Shown piece by piece: positions 1 through 8,789 of a DNA stretch of 64,000 nucleotides. The position numbers and the translations under genes are program-made. Below the pieces are notes generated by a model, which saw only the letters and a list, made by a program, of their open reading frames with translations, had not been told where the DNA came from and ran no database searches. The stretch comes from a virus. Location: IMG/VR virus record IMGVR_UViG_3300023174_003154, positions 12,140 through 76,139 of that record; one strand, given 5' to 3'. The stretch's first letter is position 1. Each line of letters opens with the position of its first letter.

Positions 1-1094
1 AATCCAACGTTCACCACTTGGTCTTGTGCAACTATATCATAGACCACTAATTTATTTTCTAATTTAAAGTTCAAACTTTTGAATGCAATTGCAAATCCTC
101 TTTCAAAAACAGACTGTGGATCAGAGTTGTTATTAGATGTACCGGGTATATCACGACCGTATACAATTTGACCATTTGCATCATATCCATAAAACTTAAT
201 CAATAAGAAAAATATACCTTTAGTTTTAGTTATGTCAGGGATAGGTTCGTTTAACGCATTTGCTAATTTATGTGTAAAACTAAATCCATACGGTTCGTAG
301 ATTTTGAACTTATATTCTTTATTAGATGCCGTAGGTGCCCCTGCCATTTTTGAAGTTATTGGAGTTTTAATTTGTAAATCATCAATATACAAATCTAAAT
401 CAAATCCCTTTGCTCTAGTTTCACTGTCTAGATTGGATCCTCCACTTCTTACTATTAATTTAAAATCTTTAATTGCACCCTTATCCCCATCCATGTATCT
501 ATTATATGCATCAGGGTTCATCACATACAAACTGATATTGTAAGTATAGCTACTAAATTTTGAAAGTGGGTTGTAATCTCTTAATCCAAGTTTAGTGGTA
601 TTATTTGCAATTTCATTACTACCTGCTTTACCGGCAATTGTAGTGCCGGAATTAGGTGCTTCACTTGTTGTTGTAGTTTTGGTTGCAGGAGCCGGTTTAC
701 TGTCGCCTAGTTTGTCACTATCTGCAATCGTAGGTGATGCTTTTGTGGGTTCTGCGGCATTTGCAGGAGGAGGTGGAGTGTTTTTTGCAGCCTCTGTTTT
801 TTCTTTTTCTTCGGCTGCTTTATTTGTTCCATTCCAATAATCATTGACAATTGCTTGTGCGGCGGATAACTCACTGTTAGCTGTATCTAAATTACCCTGA
901 GCAGTTGCCAATGCTTTTTGTGCGTTTGCTAAAGTTTTTTCAGTATATTTTGGATTGGGACTTGCTAAATCAGCCTGTATTGTTTGTATGTCTCTTTGAA
1001 TTTCTAAAACTTTAATTTGGTACCCTGTTACTCTACCCTGCAAGAGATTTACATCAGCTTGTGCTTGTGTATATTGGTCGTATGAGACAGCCAT
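1..1094 (-). CDS. Baseplate hub/tail structural protein, truncated at the window edge (not in the ORF track)
   Basis: ATG at 1094 directly after the stop of 1096-1395; the frame reads MAVSYDQYTQAQ...DYNPLSKFSSYTYNISLY...FKIYEPYGFSF. The NPL..F.SYTY motif is typical of large-myovirus hub proteins. Confidence 0.6.
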   Translation of the reverse strand, partial: MAVSYDQYTQAQADVNLLQGRVTGYQIKVLEIQRDIQTIQADLASPNPKYTEKTLANAQKALATAQGNLDTANSELSAAQAIVNDYWNGTNKAAEEKEKTEAAKNTPPPPANAAEPTKASPTIADSDKLGDSKPAPATKTTTTSEAPNSGTTIAGKAGSNEIANNTTKLGLRDYNPLSKFSSYTYNISLYVMNPDAYNRYMDGDKGAIKDFKLIVRSGGSNLDSETRAKGFDLDLYIDDLQIKTPITSKMAGAPTASNKEYKFKIYEPYGFSFTHKLANALNEPIPDITKTKGIFFLLIKFYGYDANGQIVYGRDIPGTSNNNSDPQSVFERGFAIAFKSLNFKLENKLVVYDIVAQDQVVNVG

Positions 1095-1095
1095 C

Positions 1096-1395
1096 TTATA
1101 AACCTAACGCAGTTTTTAATATAGCTAATTGAGGAATATAAATTCCAGTTCCAGCAACAAAATCAAACACAGGATCTTTCAATCTATTGGGATTTCTTTG
1201 TGCAAAAACCCACCATAGTCTACTATCATCATATAAGTCATACGCTAACAAATCAGGACGCATGTGATATGTTTGAGTTATTTCCCAATATGAGTCATCA
1301 CCATTCATTGGAATTGTTCTGTTTATCATTACATCTAAAAACTCATTATTGTATGTGTTAGTTAGATAATACGGACTTGTTTGTGGGTAACTCAT
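1096..1395 (-). CDS. gp53: Baseplate wedge subunit, gp53/LysM-like
   Basis: RPDLLAYDLYDDSRLWWVFAQRN..G..IYIP motif; likely start MSYPQ at 1395 overlapping the upstream stop (TAATG). Confidence 0.75.
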   Translation of the reverse strand: MSYPQTSPYYLTNTYNNEFLDVMINRTIPMNGDDSYWEITQTYHMRPDLLAYDLYDDSRLWWVFAQRNPNRLKDPVFDFVAGTGIYIPQLAILKTALGL

Positions 1396-2687
1396 TACCA
1401 AATACCTCCACCTTGACGTTTTGACCCTTGCAACAACTCACCGGTTGCATATTTTTGTAGACTAAAATTCTGACTAATGTCTCTACGTGTTATCATTGGG
1501 GCTAGTGTCAATGAAATTTGTAACTTAGAAGGCACATATGTTGCTTGTTTATTAGACAATGACTTAAACGTTGGTGCTGGTTTTTGTCCTCCGGGTTGTA
1601 AACCATTACTTTTAACTCTGAAAATCTTATTGATAAATCCTGTTATAGGATTTGTTGGTGCTTTAGCAGAAGTACTTCCAGTCAATGTAGAAATTGATGA
1701 ACCTGCCCATGTATCTGATACACCTGCTCTGATATAATCAACGTCATTAGGCAAAGTATATGAGAAGCTGGTTAATACTAAAGGATGGTTGTCATATTGA
1801 TATGCTCCAAACCCACTTAGGTATAACAACGGCGGGGGTGTTCCGGGTTTAGGTTCAACATCTTGTCCATAAAACATTTTTGTAGCAGTTTTAAAGAAAT
1901 GCAATACTGCTAGTAAATAATTTGCTTCCACTGTATCCTGAGCAGTAAATTCTGCTGTTATACTCACATCTTCTACACTGCTATTTTTATAAAAATGTAA
2001 TTTATAGTTGCTATGAGTTACGTCAGTTGTTTCGTAGTTAGCCTTATATCCCATTTGAATAGTAGGCGAATATGGGAATATAACACCGTTTGTTGCAATC
2101 AATGGTTCTAAAATACCAGGGTCTTCAGCATTGTAGAAATATTTTGATCCAGGTGCTAATGTTAGTCTAACTCTCCAATCTTCAGCTTTGGTAAATTTAA
2201 TTTCAGGTGGTAAATTTACCGTAGATGGTGGTGCCGTTACACCTGTATTACCTGCTCTCGCTAATCTAGCTGACTCAGCCGCACTTTCATTTTGGCTTGC
2301 TGGTGCAATTGCGCTAAGTATACCTTGATTAGTTGCAGAATTAAAGTTTGCGGCTGCAACAGCGGGGTCAACTGCTTCAGGTTGTTTCTGTGCTTTGGCA
2401 ATAGATTCTGCTGGGGTTAATAACGGTGCTTCAGAAGCGGTAGTAGGTTCAACTATTGATTGTGCTGGCGCAGCCGCACCTGCACCTGCGTATGGATTTT
2501 TTGTTAGATTTGCACTTGTTGTTGTTTCTTCTAATACTGGTTGTGCTGGCGCAGCCGCACCTGCACCTGCGTATGGATTTTTTGTTAGATTTGTATTTGT
2601 AGTTGTCTGCTCTACTACTGGTTGTTCAGGTGCGGCTGCACCTGCTCCTGCGTATGGATTTGTTGCTGTTGGTGAACCTGTAGCCAT
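1395..2687 (-). CDS. Tail tube initiator/baseplate protein (contractile tail, gp48/gp54-like) with a low-complexity N-terminus
   Basis: GVIFPYSP..Y.ANY...HSNY..FYKNS, ITAEFT and GTPPPLLYLSGFG motifs; start chosen at 2687 (AAAGG RBS, GATAAATA upstream). Confidence 0.6.
   Translation of the reverse strand: MATGSPTATNPYAGAGAAAPEQPVVEQTTTNTNLTKNPYAGAGAAAPAQPVLEETTTSANLTKNPYAGAGAAAPAQSIVEPTTASEAPLLTPAESIAKAQKQPEAVDPAVAAANFNSATNQGILSAIAPASQNESAAESARLARAGNTGVTAPPSTVNLPPEIKFTKAEDWRVRLTLAPGSKYFYNAEDPGILEPLIATNGVIFPYSPTIQMGYKANYETTDVTHSNYKLHFYKNSSVEDVSITAEFTAQDTVEANYLLAVLHFFKTATKMFYGQDVEPKPGTPPPLLYLSGFGAYQYDNHPLVLTSFSYTLPNDVDYIRAGVSDTWAGSSISTLTGSTSAKAPTNPITGFINKIFRVKSNGLQPGGQKPAPTFKSLSNKQATYVPSKLQISLTLAPMITRRDISQNFSLQKYATGELLQGSKRQGGGIW
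2461..2665 (-). repeat. Three ~81-nt repeats encoding NPYAGAGAAAP
   Basis: 2461-2512 is repeated at 2542-2593; a third, diverged copy lies near 2629-2665. Confidence 0.9.
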
Positions 2688-2707
2688 ATATGTACCTTTA
2701 CTAAATA

Positions 2708-2715
2708 TATTTATC
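2708..2715 (-). promoter_or_regulatory. T4-like late promoter GATAAATA for the baseplate operon
   Basis: Plus strand reads TATTTATC, about 20 nt upstream of the ATG at 2687. Confidence 0.65.
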
Positions 2716-2758
2716 GCTATCAAAAAGTGGTATTTTTACCTTTTCCACTCTCAAATTG

Positions 2759-2787
2759 TTGCATTTCTGCAACTAATGTGTTACAAT
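2759..2787 (+). promoter_or_regulatory. Sigma70-type promoter (extended -10) for the gp55-like gene
   Basis: TTGCAT (2759-64), 17-nt spacer, TGn-TACAAT (2782-87); GGAG RBS before the ATG at 2813. Confidence 0.7.
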
Positions 2788-2812
2788 GAGTACATCATAA
2801 CAACGGAGATTT

Positions 2813-3712
2813 ATGTCTATAGCTGTCAAAAAACCTGTAAATTATCTTAATAATAAGGATATTTTAAAAGAGATTCATTCAAGTAAAAACTCATACTGTA
2901 CATTCTTAACCCCCGAGGATCATAGATACGATTTCATCGTGGACATGCCCACAGAGTCTATTGAAAAAAGTTTAGAGTATGCGTTAAAACCAGAGAATAT
3001 TCAACTAGCCCGAGAAACTAGGGCAATACGAATTGACTTAGAACAAGAACTAGGGAAAGGAACTACTGACCCAGCAAGTATCCCAGTCACTGATTTAGTA
3101 TTTCGTGTAATGACTTGGGATCATGTTCCGGTTGCACCCAAGCAACCCAGAAAATCAGATAAAAAGAAATCAGCCAAAGATATCTTTGAGTTTGAGGACG
3201 AAACTGATGAGTTGTTTGCTGAACTAGAAGATATTGTTACCAAAGCAGAAATTGACGATATGGTACATGTTAAAGTTAACTTCCCTCCCTTCCAGCACTT
3301 CCGTGTTGATAAGACAAATACTTTCAAATGTATCGGAAAAAGTCATTGGAAAGGTGATTTGGTAAACGGAGAGTTTGGTAAGGATCACGGTAACATCACA
3401 AACAAACTTGCACGTATGTACATTATGATGTGTGAAAAATACGCTATGAAGTTCAATTGGCGGGGATACACATACAATGATGAAATGCGTAACAGTGCCA
3501 TTCTTCAACTTACATATGTTGGACTAAGATTCAATGAAGCCAAAAGTGCCAACCCATTCGCTTACTATACAGCCGCTATTACTAATAGCTTTTGCCGTGT
3601 ACTGAACACAGAAAAGCGTAATCAAAACATACGGGATGACATTTTAGAAATCAATGGTCTTAATCCATCGTGGTCTAGACAAAGTTCTAGTTCCACAATG
3701 TACGAAGAATAA
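2813..3712 (+). CDS. gp55: Late transcription sigma factor
   Basis: YLNNKD N-terminal motif; YTYNDEM...FNEAKSANPFAYYT..I.NSF.R.L..EK C-terminal motif; adjacent to gp47/gp46. Confidence 0.85.
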   Translation: MSIAVKKPVNYLNNKDILKEIHSSKNSYCTFLTPEDHRYDFIVDMPTESIEKSLEYALKPENIQLARETRAIRIDLEQELGKGTTDPASIPVTDLVFRVMTWDHVPVAPKQPRKSDKKKSAKDIFEFEDETDELFAELEDIVTKAEIDDMVHVKVNFPPFQHFRVDKTNTFKCIGKSHWKGDLVNGEFGKDHGNITNKLARMYIMMCEKYAMKFNWRGYTYNDEMRNSAILQLTYVGLRFNEAKSANPFAYYTAAITNSFCRVLNTEKRNQNIRDDILEINGLNPSWSRQSSSSTMYEE

Positions 3713-3726
3713 TTTAACCGACGGTG

Positions 3727-3755
3727 TTGCTTTGCGACACCATCTCCTATATAAT
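3727..3755 (+). promoter_or_regulatory. Sigma70-type promoter for the gp47 operon
   Basis: TTGCTT (3727-32), 17-nt spacer, TATAAT (3750-55); the -35 lies inside the inverted repeat GGTGTTGC/GCGACACC (3723-3741). Confidence 0.7.
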
Positions 3756-3761
3756 CAATAG

Positions 3762-4775
3762 ATGACTAACCTTTTTAAGAAAGCCGCAACCTTTACTGAC
3801 ATTCACTTCGGTTTAAAGAGCAACAGCTTACAACACAATCAAGACTGTTCCAATTTTGTAGATTGGTTCATTGCTGAGGCAAAGAAAGAAAACTGCGAGA
3901 CTTGTTTCTTCTTGGGCGATTATAACCATCATCGTGCAAGCATTAACATTCATACATTGCAGTTTGGTTTGCAAGCATTAGAAAAACTCAATAAGGCATT
4001 TGACCAAGTATATTTTATACCAGGTAATCATGACCTTTATTACAGAGACAAGCGAGACATTCATAGTGTAGAGTGGGCTAGACATTTACCTAACGTCACT
4101 ATTGTCAATGATTGGTTTGTTAGAGATGATGTTGTTATTGCACCCTGGCTTGTACAAGATGATTATAAAAAGATTCAAAAACTAAGTGGCAAATATATGT
4201 TTGGTCATTTTGAACTACCAAACTTCTACATGAATGCTATGGTAGAGATGCCCGATCACGGTGAGATTAGTGCTGAACACATGACAGGTTTTGATACTGT
4301 ATTCAGTGGTCACTTTCACAAACGACAAGCAAAGAAAAACGTTTGGTATACAGGCAATGCTTTCCCACATAACTACGCAGATGCAGGTGATGATGCACGT
4401 GGTATGATGATATTAGAATGGGGTAAAGACCCAGAGTTTCGTAGTTGGCCAAATCAACCCATGTATAGAGTTTATAAACTCAGTGATATATTAGAAAATC
4501 CTAAAGGATTGCTATTACCTGACAGTCATGTTAGAGTACATCTTGACATTGATATCAGTTATGAAGAAGCAAACTTCATCAGGGAGACACTTATTCCAGA
4601 ACATAAACTACGTGAAATGGCATTGATACCTATGAAGGTTGAACAAGTAGAACAACAGGCTAACGGTGGCTTGAAGTTTGAAAGTGTAGACCAAATCGTT
4701 ATTGACCAGATTAACAGTATTGAATCAAACACATTTGACAAACGAATTTTGTTAGAGATTTACAACAACCTATGA
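3762..4775 (+). CDS. gp47: Recombination endonuclease subunit (Mre11/SbcD-like)
   Basis: Metallophosphoesterase motifs TDIHFG, LGD, GNHD, GHF, SGHFH. Confidence 0.92.
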   Translation: MTNLFKKAATFTDIHFGLKSNSLQHNQDCSNFVDWFIAEAKKENCETCFFLGDYNHHRASINIHTLQFGLQALEKLNKAFDQVYFIPGNHDLYYRDKRDIHSVEWARHLPNVTIVNDWFVRDDVVIAPWLVQDDYKKIQKLSGKYMFGHFELPNFYMNAMVEMPDHGEISAEHMTGFDTVFSGHFHKRQAKKNVWYTGNAFPHNYADAGDDARGMMILEWGKDPEFRSWPNQPMYRVYKLSDILENPKGLLLPDSHVRVHLDIDISYEEANFIRETLIPEHKLREMALIPMKVEQVEQQANGGLKFESVDQIVIDQINSIESNTFDKRILLEIYNNL

Positions 4776-4993
4776 AGTCACCCAAAGAAGTTAAAGAATT
4801 AGAATCATTGATTAAAGTAAACAAACATCTGGGTATTGCTTTATCTGAGTTAACTCATACTCATTCCTATATAGGTAGCTTACGTGAACAAAAGAGTTTG
4901 ATTAAAGTTAAACTAAAATTAGAAGGTATAATAGAACGGACATTGAAGGAAGAGAAATCATCCAAAGACAGTTTTTTTAGAAAATTAAAATGA
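4772..4993 (+). CDS. Small basic hypothetical protein
   Basis: ATGA overlaps with both gp47 and gp46 suggest translational coupling. Confidence 0.65.
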   Translation: MKSPKEVKELESLIKVNKHLGIALSELTHTHSYIGSLREQKSLIKVKLKLEGIIERTLKEEKSSKDSFFRKLK

Positions 4994-7062
4994 TATTATT
5001 AAAGAACATTACACTACGAAACTTTCTATCGATCGGACAAGTCACGCAAGCAGTTGACTTTAACCGACAAGACTTAACACTTATTCTAGGTGAGAACTTA
5101 GACTTAGGTGGTGACGGTGCTCGTAATGGTACAGGTAAGACTAGTCTTATTCAAGGTCTAAGCTATGCATTGTTTGGTGTGCCCATTAACTCAATTAGAA
5201 AAGATAATTTAGTTAATCGTACAAATGGAAAGGGCATGTTAGTCACACTTGAGTTTAGTGTAAATGGTATTGACTACAAGATTGAGCGTGGTCGTAAGCC
5301 AAACCTATTGAGATTTTATGTAAACAGTGATTTACAAAAAGGTACAGACGATGCACAGGGTGAGAACAAAGAAACACAGATAGCAATTGAAAAAGTTCTG
5401 TGTATGTCTAGTAGCATGTTCCGCCATATCGTAGCATTGAATACATATAGCGAACCGTTCTTAGCACTTAAAGCAAACGAACAACGTGAAATCATTGAAC
5501 AGTTATTGGGTATCACATTACTATCTGAGAAAGCAGAGACAATTAAGGTACTGTTAAAAGATACCAAAGATAGTATTCAAGGTGAAGAATTCAAAGTCAA
5601 AGCTATTGAAGAAGCCAATAAGCGAGTAAAAGAACAGATTGAAAGTTTGAAACGCAGACAAGGTCTTTGGCAAAAGAAACACGAAAGTGACTTAGCATAC
5701 CTAGTTGCACAGTATGATGAACTAGGCAAGATTGACATTGAAGTTGAATTATTAGCGCACAAAGAATTAGTCATTTGGAATGAGAAGAAAAAGCAACAAG
5801 ATGCATACAATTCATTATTGGCTAGACAAACTGCTTGGAAACAAAAGCAAGAAAAAGACATATACGATTTAGAGAAAAACGGTATCAAGATGAGCCAAAT
5901 TGATATCGTACAAGAAATATTAGCACATCGTGCTTTGGCTGAATATAACAACAAGTTAAAAGAAATTGCAGACAGAGACAAAGAAGTTGCAAGAATCGAT
6001 AAGGACATTGAAAAAGAAAACAAGTTAATTGAGAAATTAAATGTTGAAATTTTAAAACTGTTAGCACATCAATGCTATGCTTGCGGGCAAGACTTCCATG
6101 ATGAACAACATTCTAAGGTGTTGGCTGACAAAGAAAAGATGTTGGAAGATGCACAGTTTCATGTCACTACGTTGTTGAATCAACTTAAAGAATTGAGTGA
6201 CAAGGACATTGTATTGGGTGATAAACCCAAGACACATTACAAGACAGAAGCAGAAGCGATTCGTCATGGTAGCGATGCAGAAAATATTCGCACAAAAATA
6301 CTTGAAAAAGAAAAAGAAGTTGATCCATATGCTGAACAACTAGCAGAATATAAACCAGTTGAGATTGGTGTTATGCCAGTCACTCATTATGATACAGAAA
6401 CGCAAGCGATTGAACATCGTAGTAAAGTATCTGGGTTATTACAACAGATTGAAACAAAAGCAGTTGAGTCTGATCCATATGCTGAACAAGTAGTTGAGAT
6501 GGAGTCAAATGCGTTACAAGCAATTGACTTTGAAGCAATCAACAAACTAACAAAGACTATGGAACATCAAAAGTTTCTATTAGATATTCTAACTAGCAAA
6601 GATAGCTTTGTTCGTAAGAAAATCATTGACCAAAATTTGAGTTATTTGAATAGTCGGTTGACGCATTACTTAGACAAGATTGGTTTACCGCATCAGGTTA
6701 TCTTTCAGAATGATTTGAACGTTGAGATTACAGAGTTGGGTCGTGAACTTGATTTTGATAACTTAAGTCGTGGTGAACGTAACAGATTGATTCTTGGCTT
6801 AAGTTTTGCTTTCCGTGATGTTTGGGAGAACTTATATGCACCAATCAATACACTATTCATTGACGAATTGATTGACAGCGGGCTAGATACAATGGGTGTT
6901 GAAAACGCTATTGCTATTCTCAAAGATATGTCACGTAAGAGACAGAAATCAATTTGGCTTGTAAGTCATAGAGAAGAATTAGCAGGGCGTGTTCCTAGTG
7001 TGCTAAAAGTAGTTAAGGAGGGAGGCTTTACTTCTTATTCAAGCGCATCTGATATGGTGTAA
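4990..7062 (+). CDS. gp46: Recombination ATPase subunit (Rad50/SbcC-like)
   Basis: Walker A NGTGKT, CYAC zinc hook, LSRGE signature, Walker B LFIDE, VSH. Confidence 0.93.
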   Translation: MILLKNITLRNFLSIGQVTQAVDFNRQDLTLILGENLDLGGDGARNGTGKTSLIQGLSYALFGVPINSIRKDNLVNRTNGKGMLVTLEFSVNGIDYKIERGRKPNLLRFYVNSDLQKGTDDAQGENKETQIAIEKVLCMSSSMFRHIVALNTYSEPFLALKANEQREIIEQLLGITLLSEKAETIKVLLKDTKDSIQGEEFKVKAIEEANKRVKEQIESLKRRQGLWQKKHESDLAYLVAQYDELGKIDIEVELLAHKELVIWNEKKKQQDAYNSLLARQTAWKQKQEKDIYDLEKNGIKMSQIDIVQEILAHRALAEYNNKLKEIADRDKEVARIDKDIEKENKLIEKLNVEILKLLAHQCYACGQDFHDEQHSKVLADKEKMLEDAQFHVTTLLNQLKELSDKDIVLGDKPKTHYKTEAEAIRHGSDAENIRTKILEKEKEVDPYAEQLAEYKPVEIGVMPVTHYDTETQAIEHRSKVSGLLQQIETKAVESDPYAEQVVEMESNALQAIDFEAINKLTKTMEHQKFLLDILTSKDSFVRKKIIDQNLSYLNSRLTHYLDKIGLPHQVIFQNDLNVEITELGRELDFDNLSRGERNRLILGLSFAFRDVWENLYAPINTLFIDELIDSGLDTMGVENAIAILKDMSRKRQKSIWLVSHREELAGRVPSVLKVVKEGGFTSYSSASDMV

Positions 7063-7085
7063 TTCGTATAAAACTTACATTAAAA

Positions 7086-7097
7086 GATAAATAAATA
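7086..7097 (+). promoter_or_regulatory. Late promoter (overlapping GATAAATA/ATAAATA)
   Basis: GATAAATAAATA upstream of the AAGGA RBS and the ATG at 7122. Confidence 0.55.
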
Positions 7098-7121
7098 TGT
7101 AAGTTTTATAAAGGATTTAAC

Positions 7122-7757
7122 ATGTGGTATGTATACATTTTGTATGACCCTAGAAATAATACACCATTTTATATAGGTAAAGGTGTCAAAAGAAGAATGA
7201 CAGCAACTATCAATATAAATCAAACGGGTAATGGATTAAAACGCAAGTTTCTTAAAGAAATTAAAGATATTGGTTTAAAACCAATAGTTACTGTAGTAGC
7301 AGAGTATGACTCAGAAAAAGATGCGTTAGAAAAAGAAAAAATACTAATTTCAGAATTTGGTAGAATTATTAAAGGAGACGGGTGTTTGACAAATTATTCT
7401 GAAGGTGGGGACTTAAGTAATGCAGGTTGGATCCCATCGGATGATACTAGAAAATTATGGTCTAAGCAACGCAAGGGTATTAAACAGAGTGAGAATCATG
7501 TTTCCGCTAGGGTCGCAAAAACCAAAGGCCTAACTCGGTCGGATACTCAAAGAAAAAATTATATTCTTGCTAGTATTAGGCGTACTAATCCAGAATTAAA
7601 AGCAAACATTATACACGAATTAGAAAGTAATTTGATACAGCACGGTACATTAACTACGATAGCTAAAAAATTCAATTGTAGCATTGACTTGATAAGTAGA
7701 ATACACAAAGATATTAATTTATACAAAGAGGCATTAAATGAGTGGATCAAAAAGTAA
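7122..7757 (+). CDS. Free-standing homing endonuclease, GIY-YIG/LEM-3-like
   Basis: YVYILYDP...FYIGKG..R, A.EKE..LI, LTN motifs; basic NUMOD3-like middle region; overlaps the next gene by 20 nt. Confidence 0.75.
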   Translation: MWYVYILYDPRNNTPFYIGKGVKRRMTATININQTGNGLKRKFLKEIKDIGLKPIVTVVAEYDSEKDALEKEKILISEFGRIIKGDGCLTNYSEGGDLSNAGWIPSDDTRKLWSKQRKGIKQSENHVSARVAKTKGLTRSDTQRKNYILASIRRTNPELKANIIHELESNLIQHGTLTTIAKKFNCSIDLISRIHKDINLYKEALNEWIKK

Positions 7758-8313
7758 GAATAAAGGTAACGCATTTGAGCGTGAAGTTGCTAATTTTTTA
7801 TCTAAAACATACAATGCCTCTTTTGTTCGGGCAGCACATAGCGGTGCATTTATAGGTGGGACAAACAATCACCGAAAAGAATATCTAAGTGAGAATCAAG
7901 TTAAATCATTCAAAGGTGATATCATACCACCTGATGATTGGAAACATTTCAATGCCGAAGCGAAAAGTTACGCTGACTTTCCGTTTCATCTGGTACTAAC
8001 AGGTGAATGCAAACAACTTGATTCGTGGTTAGCACAATTACTTGATGTAGAAGATACTGACGATTTAAATATTCTTTTTATGAAGTTTAATCGTAAAGGT
8101 CAATATGTCGCTGTACAAGGTAAACTAACATGGAAAGCAGATAATTGTCTTTTATATAGTAGTCCTACACACGGCGACTGGGTCATCATGGAACATTCTA
8201 GCTTTTTTCAAAACAATGCAGAATTAGTAAAAACATATTCAAGCACAACAATCGACACCACGTCAACTCTTAATACAAATATAAACGAATTTCATAAACA
8301 ATTAGTCGGCTGA
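7738..8313 (+). CDS. Holliday junction resolvase (Hjc-like PD-(D/E)xK nuclease)
   Basis: KG..FERE.A..L, GDII and EAK motifs. Confidence 0.8.
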   Translation: MSGSKSKNKGNAFEREVANFLSKTYNASFVRAAHSGAFIGGTNNHRKEYLSENQVKSFKGDIIPPDDWKHFNAEAKSYADFPFHLVLTGECKQLDSWLAQLLDVEDTDDLNILFMKFNRKGQYVAVQGKLTWKADNCLLYSSPTHGDWVIMEHSSFFQNNAELVKTYSSTTIDTTSTLNTNINEFHKQLVG

Positions 8314-8660
8314 GTTGTCAGTCCTCCTTGAGATTGTACAGATTGTGCTGTGCCGTCAGATTCTGGAGTATGCATGTTAGCAATAACATGGAACACCGAG
8401 AAGGCTCTCGTCAAAGCGAACCTTCAATGAGTCTATAGCTACTCCATTTTGATGCTATAGAACATGCGTTGCAGAATGAAACACTAGAGTGCGTAATTCA
8501 ACTACAGACCAATAAACCCTACAGGGCAACCGGTGGCGAACAATAACATAAAAACGTTGATTGTTCGGGTAAAGATGGCAAGGATGACGGTCATGGCATG
8601 TCACCATTGGTAGTGCTTAAATAGCACTACCATGGCTTCTAATCGGCATGATATATCCGA
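8304..8660 (+). ncRNA. Putative large structured non-coding RNA of unknown family
   Basis: No ORF in the track; long-range stems 8314-25/8581-91 and 8351-57/8574-80; hairpins at 8373-90 (GCAA loop), 8432-61, 8537-67 and 8604-35. G-U pairs favour the plus strand. Ends approximate. Confidence 0.6.
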
Positions 8661-8708
8661 TGAGTAATTAGATAAAAACAATAATTAAGAATAGATAAGA
8701 GTACAACC

Positions 8709-8751
8709 AAGAACGAGTGATAACGAGTTCTTAGAAGAACGAAGTTCTTCT
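8709..8751. repeat. Two adjacent inverted repeats at the point of convergent transcription
   Basis: AAGAAC-gagtgataacga-GTTCTT and AGAAGAAC-gaa-GTTCTTCT. Confidence 0.75.
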
Positions 8752-8789
8752 CCATAAGAAACAACAACTTGATAAATGAACCTTTCCGT

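Noticed and set aside
8618-8623. TAAATA in the hairpin loop as a late promoter
   Set aside because: No downstream plus-strand ORF, and a 6-mer like this is common in AT-rich DNA.
8304-8660. tmRNA, RNase P or group I/II intron identity for the structured gap (GATTCTGGA resembles the tmRNA 5' region)
   Set aside because: No GGGG acceptor stem, T-arm or CCA end; no RNase P GAGGAAAGUCC; no convincing P7 or domain V; no interrupted gene around it.
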